Source: a virus
Taxonomy: Duplodnaviria; Caudoviricetes
Length of the DNA: 37,653 bases
Reading direction: 5' to 3' (one strand)
IMG/VR virus record: IMGVR_UViG_3300045801_000024
Coordinates: 1-37,653 of that record
Below are positions 25,910 to 35,054 of this stretch, in pieces; position 1 is the first letter of the stretch; every line of letters begins with the position of its first letter. Position numbers and translations under genes: made by a program. The notes beneath the pieces are model-generated. The model did no database searches. It was given only the letters and a program-made list of their open reading frames with translations, and had not been told where the DNA came from.

Positions 25910-28690
25910 ATGGCAAAGGCTGTGCTCCCTACACTCCCAGATGCTTCTGGCCAGTCACTGGTCCAGCCGCCCGCTCAAAATTCCTTTGATCCAGTTGCTT
26001 ATTTAAACAGCAACTCTGGGGGTTTTGATCCTGAAGAGTACTTAAAGCCAGAACTCGATGAAGAGAAGTATGGTGGGCCTGGTGGAATGGCGAAGGCTGC
26101 CTTGGCTGGAGCCGCAAGGTCTGCAACCTTTGGCGGATCTGACCAAGCCATGGTCCATTCTGGCGCCGTTGATCCGGAAACATTAAAAAAGCTTCAGGAA
26201 GTAAATCCAGGATCAAGCTTTGTCGGGGACATCGCAGGGATTGCTGCACCACTAGCCGCAGGGGATGCTTTAGGGCTTGCAAACCTTCCAGGCGCTGTAT
26301 CTAAGCTTGGAGGCATCGCCGAGGGCTCTGCAGGTCTTGTCGGCGCGGGCAGCATGGCGGCGAAGGCTGTAGGATATGGCGCGGAGGGTGCGGCGTATGG
26401 GCTTGGTCAGGGGATTTCAGAGAATGCATTGGGAGATCATGACTTATTGTCCCAAAAGACATTAGCAGACATTGGCCTATCTTCTGCTTTTATGGGTGGG
26501 CTTGGCGCGGTTGTTGGTAAGATTGGTGAGGGTGGGGTTAAGGCTCTCGGTGATTCGTCGAGTGCTGAAGACAAATATGCAGCATTTAAAATGGAGCAAG
26601 CCGCAAAGCCTGGATCTGATGAGGCTGTCTTGTCGCAGTCTGGTCTTCCTGCAGAGGATAAACTTTCGTTTATAAAAAGATTCAAAGCTCAAAAGCCCGA
26701 TGCTGAGGCTTTAAGAGAAGAGTTTGGCCAAGCCGGGCTCCCTGAAGTGCTGGGAATGATGTCTGATAACAAATCCATTCAAAAGATGGCCTCTGCTGTT
26801 GCTCAACTCCCGACTATGGCGGGAGACGCTGTAAGGCAAGATATTGATAAGGGCTATGAAGTCGTTAGCAATATTTTAAAAGACGCATTTGATGGGGGAG
26901 CGGGAGCCGATAGGGCTGAGGGTGGCTCGCAGATTAAAGATCTTATTAGGGAAGAGTTTGATAAGAGAAATGAGCCGATGAAACAACTCTATTCCGAGAG
27001 AAAGGCTCTTGGAGAGACAATTGATTTTGACGATTCCAAGTCCCTAAAGACCTATGACAAACTCATTGAAGCCAGCCAAAAGTTTAGAGAGCCAACCAAT
27101 GAAGGTCGCCAAATTATTGATAACGAAGCTAACAACTTTTTAAAGAATGCGTCTTCAGAAGGTGGCATGGCGAATCTTGATGCATACTCTAAAACCCTTG
27201 CTAGCAAGGCTAGACAAGCAGCGATTGCTGGAGATCATGACGCAAAGGCCGCATTTCTCTTAGTAAAAGATGAAGTAGACAACTTTGTTGATAAGCATTT
27301 GATGAGCATTGGGAAACAGCTAACAAAAGATGGGGTTAAGGAAGGTGCTTCTGAGGCTTCAAAGGTTGTTAACGAGTATAAAGACCTAAAGAGAAACTAT
27401 GCTCAAATGAAGAGCCTTTTTAGTGATGTTGCCTCAACCACAAAGCTTGGCAAAAAAGCCACAACAGAAATGGGTTTGAGCGAGGCTTTAGACAAGGTTC
27501 CTGATGAGAAGTTTGTCGATAAGATATTTGATCCAAAGAACGCTGAGGGCCTTCAAAATATCAAAGAGAACATGCGCCCAGTGTTTGATGCTCTAGTTAA
27601 ACAAAAAAAAACTCAGATGTATCAAGAAGCCTTGATCAATAAGAAATTTAATCCATTGAAGCTAATTCAAGATGTTTCAAATGAGAAGAAGCTATCTTCT
27701 GGGGTAAAGGATCTCCTTTTTTCTCCCGAGCAACTTCAAAAAATGGAAACGGCTAAGAAATGGATCACTAACCTGCCCGACAAAGTTGGTCCTTCTGGAA
27801 CTCCTGAAGGTCTTGAATATATGGAGATGGCAAAGAATCCGATAAAAAGCCTGATTGGGCATGGGATTAATGAAGCAGGCAGTTCGGTTAGCAAAAGGTT
27901 GATCGAATCCTTAACTAACCCTGAGGAAGCCGCTCAGTTAAAAACTCTCATCAACCTAGATAAAGCTCAGACGAAGACCACCAATAAAATCGAGCGATCC
28001 GTAAAAGATATCTTAACTCCTTTTGCTAAGCCTATCGCTGCAAAGGCTATCTCTAAGATTTCATCAGTTGAAGACTACAAGGAAAAAACAAAGAGGATAG
28101 CAGAGGCCGCAAACAATTATGCGCTTATGGAGGATCGCACATCAGCCGCGACTCAGTCACTCTTTGAGCACGCTCCAAAGACAGCAAGCGCCATGCAGGT
28201 TTCTATGGCAAAGGCTATGCAGTTTTTAAACTCTAAAATCCCTCAGGCAACTCAGCCATCCCTTTTTAGCGAAGCTCCAGAGCCATCAGAGGCCGAGATA
28301 TCTCAGTTTAAAAGGTATTACGACATAGTCGAGAATCCGTTGTTAGCACTTGAGCAAGTTAAGGCAAGAGCCGTTGTCCCGGAAACGATTGAGGCTCTTA
28401 ACGCCGTTTGTCCACAGCTTTATCAACACATGAAGCAGACCATTGTTGATCATATCTCTGAGCTAAAAGATAAGGGCTCAATTCCTTATCAGACAAAACT
28501 CTCTGTTAGTAAGTTCATGGGAGCGCCGCTTGACGCCTCAATGACGCTGCCGTCTGTCATGGCCAATCAACAGGCTTATGCGCAGGCCGGGCAGCCTCCA
28601 CAAGGTCAACAAAAGCCAAGCAAGACTGGAATGCAGAAGATGACTCTAGCAAGCAGGACGGGTGTTAGCCAGCCCGTAGACAATACTTAG
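25910..28690 (+). CDS. Large internal virion/ejection protein
   Basis: 926 aa; Gly/Ala-rich membrane-like N-region (GAARSATFG, GAEGAAYG) followed by charged helices. Confidence 0.62.
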   Translation: MAKAVLPTLPDASGQSLVQPPAQNSFDPVAYLNSNSGGFDPEEYLKPELDEEKYGGPGGMAKAALAGAARSATFGGSDQAMVHSGAVDPETLKKLQEVNPGSSFVGDIAGIAAPLAAGDALGLANLPGAVSKLGGIAEGSAGLVGAGSMAAKAVGYGAEGAAYGLGQGISENALGDHDLLSQKTLADIGLSSAFMGGLGAVVGKIGEGGVKALGDSSSAEDKYAAFKMEQAAKPGSDEAVLSQSGLPAEDKLSFIKRFKAQKPDAEALREEFGQAGLPEVLGMMSDNKSIQKMASAVAQLPTMAGDAVRQDIDKGYEVVSNILKDAFDGGAGADRAEGGSQIKDLIREEFDKRNEPMKQLYSERKALGETIDFDDSKSLKTYDKLIEASQKFREPTNEGRQIIDNEANNFLKNASSEGGMANLDAYSKTLASKARQAAIAGDHDAKAAFLLVKDEVDNFVDKHLMSIGKQLTKDGVKEGASEASKVVNEYKDLKRNYAQMKSLFSDVASTTKLGKKATTEMGLSEALDKVPDEKFVDKIFDPKNAEGLQNIKENMRPVFDALVKQKKTQMYQEALINKKFNPLKLIQDVSNEKKLSSGVKDLLFSPEQLQKMETAKKWITNLPDKVGPSGTPEGLEYMEMAKNPIKSLIGHGINEAGSSVSKRLIESLTNPEEAAQLKTLINLDKAQTKTTNKIERSVKDILTPFAKPIAAKAISKISSVEDYKEKTKRIAEAANNYALMEDRTSAATQSLFEHAPKTASAMQVSMAKAMQFLNSKIPQATQPSLFSEAPEPSEAEISQFKRYYDIVENPLLALEQVKARAVVPETIEALNAVCPQLYQHMKQTIVDHISELKDKGSIPYQTKLSVSKFMGAPLDASMTLPSVMANQQAYAQAGQPPQGQQKPSKTGMQKMTLASRTGVSQPVDNT

Positions 28691-28756
28691 CACCAAATAG
28701 GAACCATTGACTAGGGTAGTAACCCTACCCTCACCTTCACAAAGGGGTAACACAAA

Positions 28757-29143
28757 GTGTTAAAAGAGATCTCTCCAGCCTACCAAGTTTTTACAAACGG
28801 GACTATGTCGGGGACTAATGTTCTGACAAGTCTTGCAACAGGCGTTCAATTTAAAGATTCGGTAGGTTATCAGTTCCAATGGACTGGCCAACCTTCTGGA
28901 ACCTTTGCGATTCAAACCTCTGCAGACTATAACCCTGGTCTTCCTGGATCGGGCGGGGCTTACAACGCAGGCATTTGGAACGCTTACACCTTGTCGCCAA
29001 TCCCTTCTGCTTCTGGCTCTGGTTCTTATGTGGCGACGGTAGAAATTAGCCAATGCTCGCTGCCTTGGATTCGGGCTCAATATACAAACTCGACGGGTTC
29101 TGGGGTTCTTACAGGATACGTTTTTGCGAAGTCTTTGGGTTAG
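28757..29143 (+). CDS. Beta-sandwich virion protein (paralogue of 31589-31972)
   Basis: GT..IQ.S.D...W...WIR..YT..GSG.L...KSLG; AAGGGG RBS. Confidence 0.65.
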   Translation: MLKEISPAYQVFTNGTMSGTNVLTSLATGVQFKDSVGYQFQWTGQPSGTFAIQTSADYNPGLPGSGGAYNAGIWNAYTLSPIPSASGSGSYVATVEISQCSLPWIRAQYTNSTGSGVLTGYVFAKSLG

Positions 29144-29146
29144 GTC

Positions 29147-31579
29147 ATGAGCAATACTTATACACGATATCCTTTGCTTGGTGGCGGTGGCGGCGTAACC
29201 ATTTACACAACATTCTCTTCTCTCCCTGCTGGTCTCTCAACTGGGACTTTGGGAGTTACCGCAGACACCGGCTATCTTTATGAGTACAATGGGACAACAT
29301 GGGTTCCTATTGCTGCAGCATTCCCGACCACCATTCCAAATGGCGGGACAAGCGGCTCCTCAACTTTGGCTTATTCCGTTCTCTCTAACAACACATCGGT
29401 TGCCAATACTCTTGCGTCGAATCAGCTTTTAATTCTAGGTGCTCCTGGTTTTACAGACACCGGGATCTCCATGCAGACCACCGCAACAGTGAGCGGTTAT
29501 TACCAAAGAATTTTACAAAACACCCTCTCCCAATCGTCGGCCTCTGCTGACTACATTGTAAGCAATAATTTAGGAACAGCGACGACCTTTTATGGTGATT
29601 TTGGGATTAACAGCAGCACTTATTCCGGTCCTGGTTCTTTAAATCTCCCTAACGCGACCTATGTTTATTCTCAAAACGGAGATTTGGCACTAGGCACGGC
29701 AAGTCAAAACCCAATCCATTTTGTCGTCAATAGTGGGACTACGGATGCTCTTACGATCGGGACTTCTAGTCTTTTGATTGTGCCTGCATTCTCTAGCAAT
29801 GGAGTTGTGGTTAACAGCGCATCTGGAATCTTGGCCTCTGTCCCGGTTCTTCCGCAAAACTTAGGCGGGACTAACTCGGCGGCTGGAACGCCAACTTTCT
29901 CAAATGTAACGTCATCGACTTCGTTCTATGCAGCCAATGGCACGGTAGGAGCTCCTGCTTATTCTTTCACTAACGATACAACTTCTGGGATGTTTAAGAG
30001 CGGAACCAGTGACGTTCAAATTGCCTGCGGTGGCATTCTAGGAATGGATGCGACTAAAGTTGGGACTAACGTCAACTTTGGATTTGGTGTTGCGGCGTCC
30101 TCTGCTGCTGGATCTCCTGTTGTTTTTAACTCTAGCCTGAATGGCACACAGTTTTTTGTTTACACTAACACCTCGGCCGGCACTGTTTCCGGCACAGTCC
30201 TACAGATAGGTAACGGCGCAGGAAGCAACTTCACAACCGTGGAGAATTACGCCAACACGACGGCGGGCTATCTTGCCGGTGGCTCTTTGATTGGCTCTGG
30301 GATAAATCAAACCCAGTTAAACATCACCGCTGAGTATTCTTTAGCTTACATGGCTTTTAACTTGGGCGGGAGAACTCTAGCCACAGAGAAGCTTCGCCTA
30401 ACCTCTGGCGCCATGACTTACAATGGCGGCTTAAACTTTGTAATGATTGGCTCCAGCGCGGCTGCAGTGTCTCTTACGCAAAGTGCTCCTTTGACTGCGG
30501 GATCTTCTTATTCAATCACTTGGCCCAATCAATTTGGCGTAGCTAACGCAGCCCTTACGAGCAATGGATCTGGATCAGCCCTAAGTTGGACTGTCCCTTC
30601 GTTTGCCAATACTGTGGGCTCTGTTAGTTTCTCTCAGATCGCTCCGGGAACTCAGTTCACTATCGGATCAGTGACGGTAACGTCTTCAACTGGTGGGAAC
30701 AAATACACTGTTTCTTTCCCTGGATCTCTTGGAAGTCCAAACCAAGCGTTAAGCATCAGCAGCGGCTCTGCTCTGACCTGGTCATCAGTTTTGACGAATC
30801 CGCTTACCACCTCTGGAGACATAATTGTTAGCTCTGGCTCTGGCAACATTCAGCGGTTGGCAGTTGGAACGGGTGGCCAAGTTCTAACAGTCTCGACAAG
30901 CAGTTTGATCCCAAGCTGGGGAACGCTAACAGCGCCGACAAAGCAGGTTGTTTCTTCGGGTTCTGCGACCTACACAACTCCTACCGGGGCCAAATGGCTT
31001 AAAATCACAATTATTGGTGGTGGTGGAAGCGGTGGTGGTTGCGCGGCAACTGGCGCTACAACTGGCGCTGCGGCTGGTGGTGGTGGTGGTGGTGGTTGGA
31101 GCATTGGATGGATTAGCTCACCCGCTCCGACCTACACCTACACTGTAGGAGCCGGAGGAGCCGCACCGGCCCAGGGAAACAACGCTGGTAACGCAGGTGG
31201 GACATCTTTATTTAGCGGTTTAACGATGAATGCAATTGGCGGAACGGGTGGCGCTGGCGCCGGGACTGCTTCCGGACCAGTATTTGGTAGCCTAGGTGCA
31301 GCGGGCGGTGCAGGCTCCGGCGGCACTATTAGTGGCGGTGGTGGGCCGGGCTTACCGGGCATTATTTTGGGCTCGACGGGCGGGCAAGGTCTTTCTGGAG
31401 CCGGCGGTTCTTCCATAATGGGCGCTGGAGGCCAAGCTTCACAACAAGCTGGCAATGGTAGTGCGGGATCAGGATTTGGGTCTGGAGGCTCGGGCGGAGC
31501 TGGCGGGAATAGCCAAGTCGCCTTAACTGGAGGCGCAGGCGCTCCCGGTGTGGTCATTGTTGAAGAATTTTATCAATAG
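29147..31579 (+). CDS. Tail fibre / receptor-binding protein with glycine-rich C-terminal domain
   Basis: 810 aa, Ser/Thr/Gly-rich; NGT..APAYSF..D..SGMF, LTT.GDII...RLAVG..GQVL, TYT.P.GAKW..I..IGGGG, GAPGVVIVEEF. Confidence 0.8.
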   Translation: MSNTYTRYPLLGGGGGVTIYTTFSSLPAGLSTGTLGVTADTGYLYEYNGTTWVPIAAAFPTTIPNGGTSGSSTLAYSVLSNNTSVANTLASNQLLILGAPGFTDTGISMQTTATVSGYYQRILQNTLSQSSASADYIVSNNLGTATTFYGDFGINSSTYSGPGSLNLPNATYVYSQNGDLALGTASQNPIHFVVNSGTTDALTIGTSSLLIVPAFSSNGVVVNSASGILASVPVLPQNLGGTNSAAGTPTFSNVTSSTSFYAANGTVGAPAYSFTNDTTSGMFKSGTSDVQIACGGILGMDATKVGTNVNFGFGVAASSAAGSPVVFNSSLNGTQFFVYTNTSAGTVSGTVLQIGNGAGSNFTTVENYANTTAGYLAGGSLIGSGINQTQLNITAEYSLAYMAFNLGGRTLATEKLRLTSGAMTYNGGLNFVMIGSSAAAVSLTQSAPLTAGSSYSITWPNQFGVANAALTSNGSGSALSWTVPSFANTVGSVSFSQIAPGTQFTIGSVTVTSSTGGNKYTVSFPGSLGSPNQALSISSGSALTWSSVLTNPLTTSGDIIVSSGSGNIQRLAVGTGGQVLTVSTSSLIPSWGTLTAPTKQVVSSGSATYTTPTGAKWLKITIIGGGGSGGGCAATGATTGAAAGGGGGGGWSIGWISSPAPTYTYTVGAGGAAPAQGNNAGNAGGTSLFSGLTMNAIGGTGGAGAGTASGPVFGSLGAAGGAGSGGTISGGGGPGLPGIILGSTGGQGLSGAGGSSIMGAGGQASQQAGNGSAGSGFGSGGSGGAGGNSQVALTGGAGAPGVVIVEEFYQ

Positions 31580-31588
31580 GAGTTTAAA

Positions 31589-31972
31589 TTGAGACCAGTA
31601 AATGACTTAATAGTTTCTAGTGTGTCCAACTCCGCAAGCTTCAGCTCTGGGGTTGTGTGGGCAAACTCAATCCTGAGAGCAAGCTTTCAGATCTCAGTCT
31701 CAAGCGGTTCTTGCGCGGGAACTTTTGTTGTCCAGGCTTCAAATGATCAGTCTTACGGTCTTCCTGCAAACCAATTTAAGCCTGTCAATTGGAATACGAT
31801 TGGGAGTGCGTCAACTATTGTTTGTTCCACTACAGCGGTGGGGTCTAGTTCTTGCTTTTTGATACCTTACACAGAGACAAGTTACGAATATCTGAAGATA
31901 GTCTACACAGACCTATCGGGCGGAACCGCAAACGGCGTAGTCTCTGTGAGAATGTGCAGCAAAGGACTTTAA
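31589..31972 (+). CDS. Beta-sandwich virion protein (paralogue of 28757-29143)
   Basis: GTFVVQASND...W...YLKIVYT...G.V......KGL; AGGAG RBS, TTG start. Confidence 0.65.
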   Translation: MRPVNDLIVSSVSNSASFSSGVVWANSILRASFQISVSSGSCAGTFVVQASNDQSYGLPANQFKPVNWNTIGSASTIVCSTTAVGSSSCFLIPYTETSYEYLKIVYTDLSGGTANGVVSVRMCSKGL

Positions 31973-32350
31973 TTGGATCTCTATACCGCAACTATAAGCT
32001 CTCTCGGGAGTGCTGCTGCGGCGATCATTGCATGGCTAATTGCCGATGCTAAATCGAAGTCCAGGATTGCTTTTGTGGAGGAGCGTTTGGCCTCTGTTAA
32101 AACGGTTATCGACACTGTAGCGGCCGATAGCCAAGGGAGAATTTCGGCGATTGAAGTCTCACTGGCAAGGTCAGAGCAAGATCGTTATGAGCTTAGAAGA
32201 TCTCTGGACCGGTTAGACCAAAGCAAAGCCAGTAAAGAAGTCAGTGATATATTCTCAGGCCAGCTTGCAAGTCTTCGTTTGGACATGGATAAGAGATTTG
32301 ACCGAATCGAGAGGATTTTAGAAAAGAAGTTTGGTGAAACGCAAGACTAG
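31973..32350 (+). CDS. Membrane-anchored coiled-coil protein (holin-like/lysis region)
   Basis: N-terminal hydrophobic helix, then coiled coil ending MDKRFDRIERIL. Confidence 0.5.
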   Translation: MDLYTATISSLGSAAAAIIAWLIADAKSKSRIAFVEERLASVKTVIDTVAADSQGRISAIEVSLARSEQDRYELRRSLDRLDQSKASKEVSDIFSGQLASLRLDMDKRFDRIERILEKKFGETQD

Positions 32351-32364
32351 CCTTCTCTTTTTTA

Positions 32365-32393
32365 TTGATAAATTGGTTTTTGACCTTAATAAT
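32365..32393 (+). promoter_or_regulatory. Putative sigma70 promoter ahead of the lysis genes
   Basis: TTGATA (32365-70) - 17 nt - AATAAT (32388-93). Confidence 0.4.
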
Positions 32394-32414
32394 TAATGAA
32401 CCGAGGGGGGTTTT

Positions 32415-32609
32415 ATGGCACTGGATGCAACTGAAGTACAAGTTTTAAAAGATCTGGCTCAGCTGTTGGTAGACAAAGAATTGGGCCCGCTTTTGGCTGA
32501 CCTGATTGCTAAATTGCCCGCCACCTATGCTCCTATTGTCGGAATGCTCGAGCAAGCCATGCTCCCCGCGATCACTGCAGCACTTGATGCAAAGATTGCA
32601 GCACTGTAG
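32415..32609 (+). CDS. Hypothetical protein (lysis region)
   Basis: GAGGGGG RBS; amphipathic 64 aa. Confidence 0.65.
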   Translation: MALDATEVQVLKDLAQLLVDKELGPLLADLIAKLPATYAPIVGMLEQAMLPAITAALDAKIAAL

Positions 32610-32993
32610 ATGGGTGATGTTCCCTCGACCAACAACACACTAGTTGCAACGGTTAATCAGGCGATTAATGTAGCAATGAGTTTGGGAGAGGGAGCAGTCG
32701 AGGCCGCCATTATAGCGGAGGTTCCATTCTTGGGACTTCCTGGACTTAAGCAAGGCTTAGGTCTTATTTTAGGATGGTTAGAAAGTTACTTTTACGATGA
32801 CGCTGCAGCTGTTGCGACTTCAATCATTGTAGACTTACAAATTTCAGCTGAGACCACCGCCACGCAGACAGCATTTAATAATGTTCAAGCTGCCATTCAG
32901 GGAGGGGATCCTGTTGCAATTCAAAAAGCTTCAACAGATCTTGATTCTGCCTTTGCAGGTCTCGTTCATAGCGACGGCAGTTCTAGCCCTTAG
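32610..32993 (+). CDS. Hypothetical protein (lysis region)
   Basis: 127 aa, Ala-rich with hydrophobic centre. Confidence 0.6.
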   Translation: MGDVPSTNNTLVATVNQAINVAMSLGEGAVEAAIIAEVPFLGLPGLKQGLGLILGWLESYFYDDAAAVATSIIVDLQISAETTATQTAFNNVQAAIQGGDPVAIQKASTDLDSAFAGLVHSDGSSSP

Positions 32994-33285
32994 CGGCTGC
33001 GCACAAGTCCCAATCAGTGATGAGATTTGGTATGGCAACAAGGGGAGCTTAGGAGCTACGGAGCTTCACACTCTTGTTTCTACGCAAAAAGATCTTAGTG
33101 CTGCTCAATGGGATATAATTTTAAATACTCAGCCGCTGATCTGCACCGACGTTAAGACGTTTGGTGATATCAAAGGTCAGGTGGAGAAGCTTTGCAGTTA
33201 TTGCAATTGCTGCGACTACAGCACGACTGCAGCTCTTGAAGCATTTTATACAAAGGTCTCTCAAATAAAAGTTAAGGGGAATTAG
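32914..33285 (+). CDS. Lipoprotein, possible o-spanin
   Basis: Lipobox LALSGC; TTG32914 after AGGGAGG RBS (track start 32881); overlaps the upstream gene and precedes the lysin. Confidence 0.55.
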   Translation: MQFKKLQQILILPLQVSFIATAVLALSGCAQVPISDEIWYGNKGSLGATELHTLVSTQKDLSAAQWDIILNTQPLICTDVKTFGDIKGQVEKLCSYCNCCDYSTTAALEAFYTKVSQIKVKGN

Positions 33286-33286
33286 T

Positions 33287-33898
33287 ATGCAGACAGTTTG
33301 CGCGCCTGGTGAGGTTGTAAATGGTTTTGACATTTCTAGCTACCAGCCTGTTGTTGATTTCAAACTATATAAAGCTAATGGGAACGAGTTTTGTTTTATC
33401 AAAGCTAGCGAGAATCTATATAAAGATCCATGTTTTGATGCACATTGGGCTAACTCTAAGGCTGCCGGAATCCTCCGAGGTGCGTATCATTACTACCATC
33501 CGAAGGACGATGCTCTTGCTCAAGCTAATTATTTTAGCAATGTTGTTGGTAAGCTTGGAGCGGGAGATTTACCCTGTGTTATGGACTGGGAAACTACTGA
33601 TGGATTTCCCTCTTCAGTAGACCGAGCGGGCGGCGCATTGTTCCTTCAGACTGTTGCGGAAAAGACTGGGAAAACCCCGATTGTTTATGGGAGCCCTTAC
33701 TTTCTTCAAGATCTTTTGCTTGATGAATCCTTTGCCAACTATGCGCTTTGGATCGCTCACTATCAGACCAAGTGCCCGCTTGTGCCGACACCTTGGAAGT
33801 ACTGGTCTTTTTGGCAGTACACCGATGGTGGAGCTAGCAACATGGATTTAAACAAATTTAATGGACCATTGAGTCAATTGCAGAAGTTCGCAGAATAG
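33287..33898 (+). CDS. Endolysin, GH25 muramidase
   Basis: GFDISSYQ, FIKASE, RGAYHY, catalytic DxE (MDWE), LWIAHY, FWQYT, D.N.F. Confidence 0.93.
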   Translation: MQTVCAPGEVVNGFDISSYQPVVDFKLYKANGNEFCFIKASENLYKDPCFDAHWANSKAAGILRGAYHYYHPKDDALAQANYFSNVVGKLGAGDLPCVMDWETTDGFPSSVDRAGGALFLQTVAEKTGKTPIVYGSPYFLQDLLLDESFANYALWIAHYQTKCPLVPTPWKYWSFWQYTDGGASNMDLNKFNGPLSQLQKFAE

Positions 33899-33925
33899 TT
33901 TGACTTAAAATCAATTCATTTATAC

Positions 33926-34062
33926 AGCTCTCCTGGTAACTTGTGGGAGAGCTACACTATTTAAATTTTAATATCCCTGACTCTGGGCTGGAGCCGTCAA
34001 AACGCTCTCCCACCAGAGTCATTTGATCATGGCTAACTGGCCCTGAGTCAGGGGTTTTGTTT
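33926..34062 (+). promoter_or_regulatory. Structured leader with mutually exclusive helices and terminator (attenuator-like)
   Basis: Five overlapping complementary pairs (see findings); CCCTG-AGT-CAGGG hairpin followed by GTTTTGTTT. Confidence 0.55.
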
Positions 34063-34074
34063 TGGGGGAGGCTT

Positions 34075-34284
34075 ATGGCTACGGTGTGGAGCTTTGAGTT
34101 CGTGGCTAAAAAGGGGAAGCGTTACAAGGTGGAGGCTGGTGGCCCGGAGGATATCTGGGTGACTTCGAATGACCACCCAGTGAAATGGATGGCTCTTGAA
34201 GAGCAAGATCAAGAGATGATTCGGGCTCATGTTGAGGAGCATTTTTTTATGGTCGATGCGCAAAAAGGGTGGGCTGAATCTTGA
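34075..34284 (+). CDS. Hypothetical protein
   Basis: ATG34075 after GGGGAGG RBS. Confidence 0.7.
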   Translation: MATVWSFEFVAKKGKRYKVEAGGPEDIWVTSNDHPVKWMALEEQDQEMIRAHVEEHFFMVDAQKGWAES

Positions 34285-35054
34285 AATATACAAACAAATA
34301 CGGGGTTCCTGAGTCAGTTGTCAGGGCTATAAAGAACGATAGCTACGACAAGGGACAAGCTGACTTTAGTGTGACTGGTCTTTTAAAGCCTGCGAGAGCG
34401 GCAAGGCTTGAAGAGCTTCACAAGCATGAGCTAGAGGAAGATGTCTCAGATAGAATCTTCTCACTCCTTGGCCAGAGTGTTCATTCAGTCTTGGAGCGAT
34501 CTGCCCGCCCTGACTCAGACCTTGTTGAGAAGCGATTCTTCACAAAGATTGAGGGTGTGGTTTTAAGTGGTCAGATTGATCTTTTAGAGCGCGACACCAA
34601 CACACTCTCTGATTTTAAGGTCACAAAGGCTTATCCTTTCACAAGTAAGGGCGGGAAAGGGCAAAAGCCTGAATGGATTCAGCAGTTAAACATGCAGCTT
34701 GAGTTGATTCGTTCGAATGGATATGACGCAACAAAATTACAGATTGTGGGGATCATTCGTGATTGGGATAAAAGATGCACAGATCCTTATCAAAAACTTA
34801 AGTATATGGCGGGCTATCCTGAGGCAGAGATTGCAGTTGTTGAAATGCCGATATGGGATCGTGATAAAACCGAATCTTTTATTAAATCAAGAATCGAAGC
34901 CCACGTTAAGGCAAAGGATGCGCTTCCGTTATGTACACCTGCTGAGACCTGGGGTGGGAATCGTTGTAAGGGCTATTGCACAGCTGCCCCGTTTTGCACT
35001 CAATTTCAAGAATCAAAGAAGACAGGATTAATTCAAACACAGGAGAAAGTATGA
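34281..35054 (+). CDS. PD-(D/E)XK (Cas4/RecB-like) exonuclease
   Basis: G..VH..LE, VEKRF, SGQIDL, DFK, QLN.Q; C-terminal C..RC..YC....FC metal cluster. Confidence 0.82.
   Translation: MKYTNKYGVPESVVRAIKNDSYDKGQADFSVTGLLKPARAARLEELHKHELEEDVSDRIFSLLGQSVHSVLERSARPDSDLVEKRFFTKIEGVVLSGQIDLLERDTNTLSDFKVTKAYPFTSKGGKGQKPEWIQQLNMQLELIRSNGYDATKLQIVGIIRDWDKRCTDPYQKLKYMAGYPEAEIAVVEMPIWDRDKTESFIKSRIEAHVKAKDALPLCTPAETWGGNRCKGYCTAAPFCTQFQESKKTGLIQTQEKV

Noticed and set aside
31076-31096. (GGT)7 microsatellite
   Set aside because: Simply encodes the poly-Gly of the glycine-rich tail-fibre domain
199-33898. Genome-wide TAG reassignment (genetic code 15)
   Set aside because: Long genes are intact under code 11 and TAG ends well-defined genes such as the lysin and tail fibre; only one internal TAG was seen and no suppressor tRNA
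34281-35054. CRISPR-associated Cas4
   Set aside because: No array or other cas genes; its context next to the SSB-like gene indicates a stand-alone phage recombination nuclease
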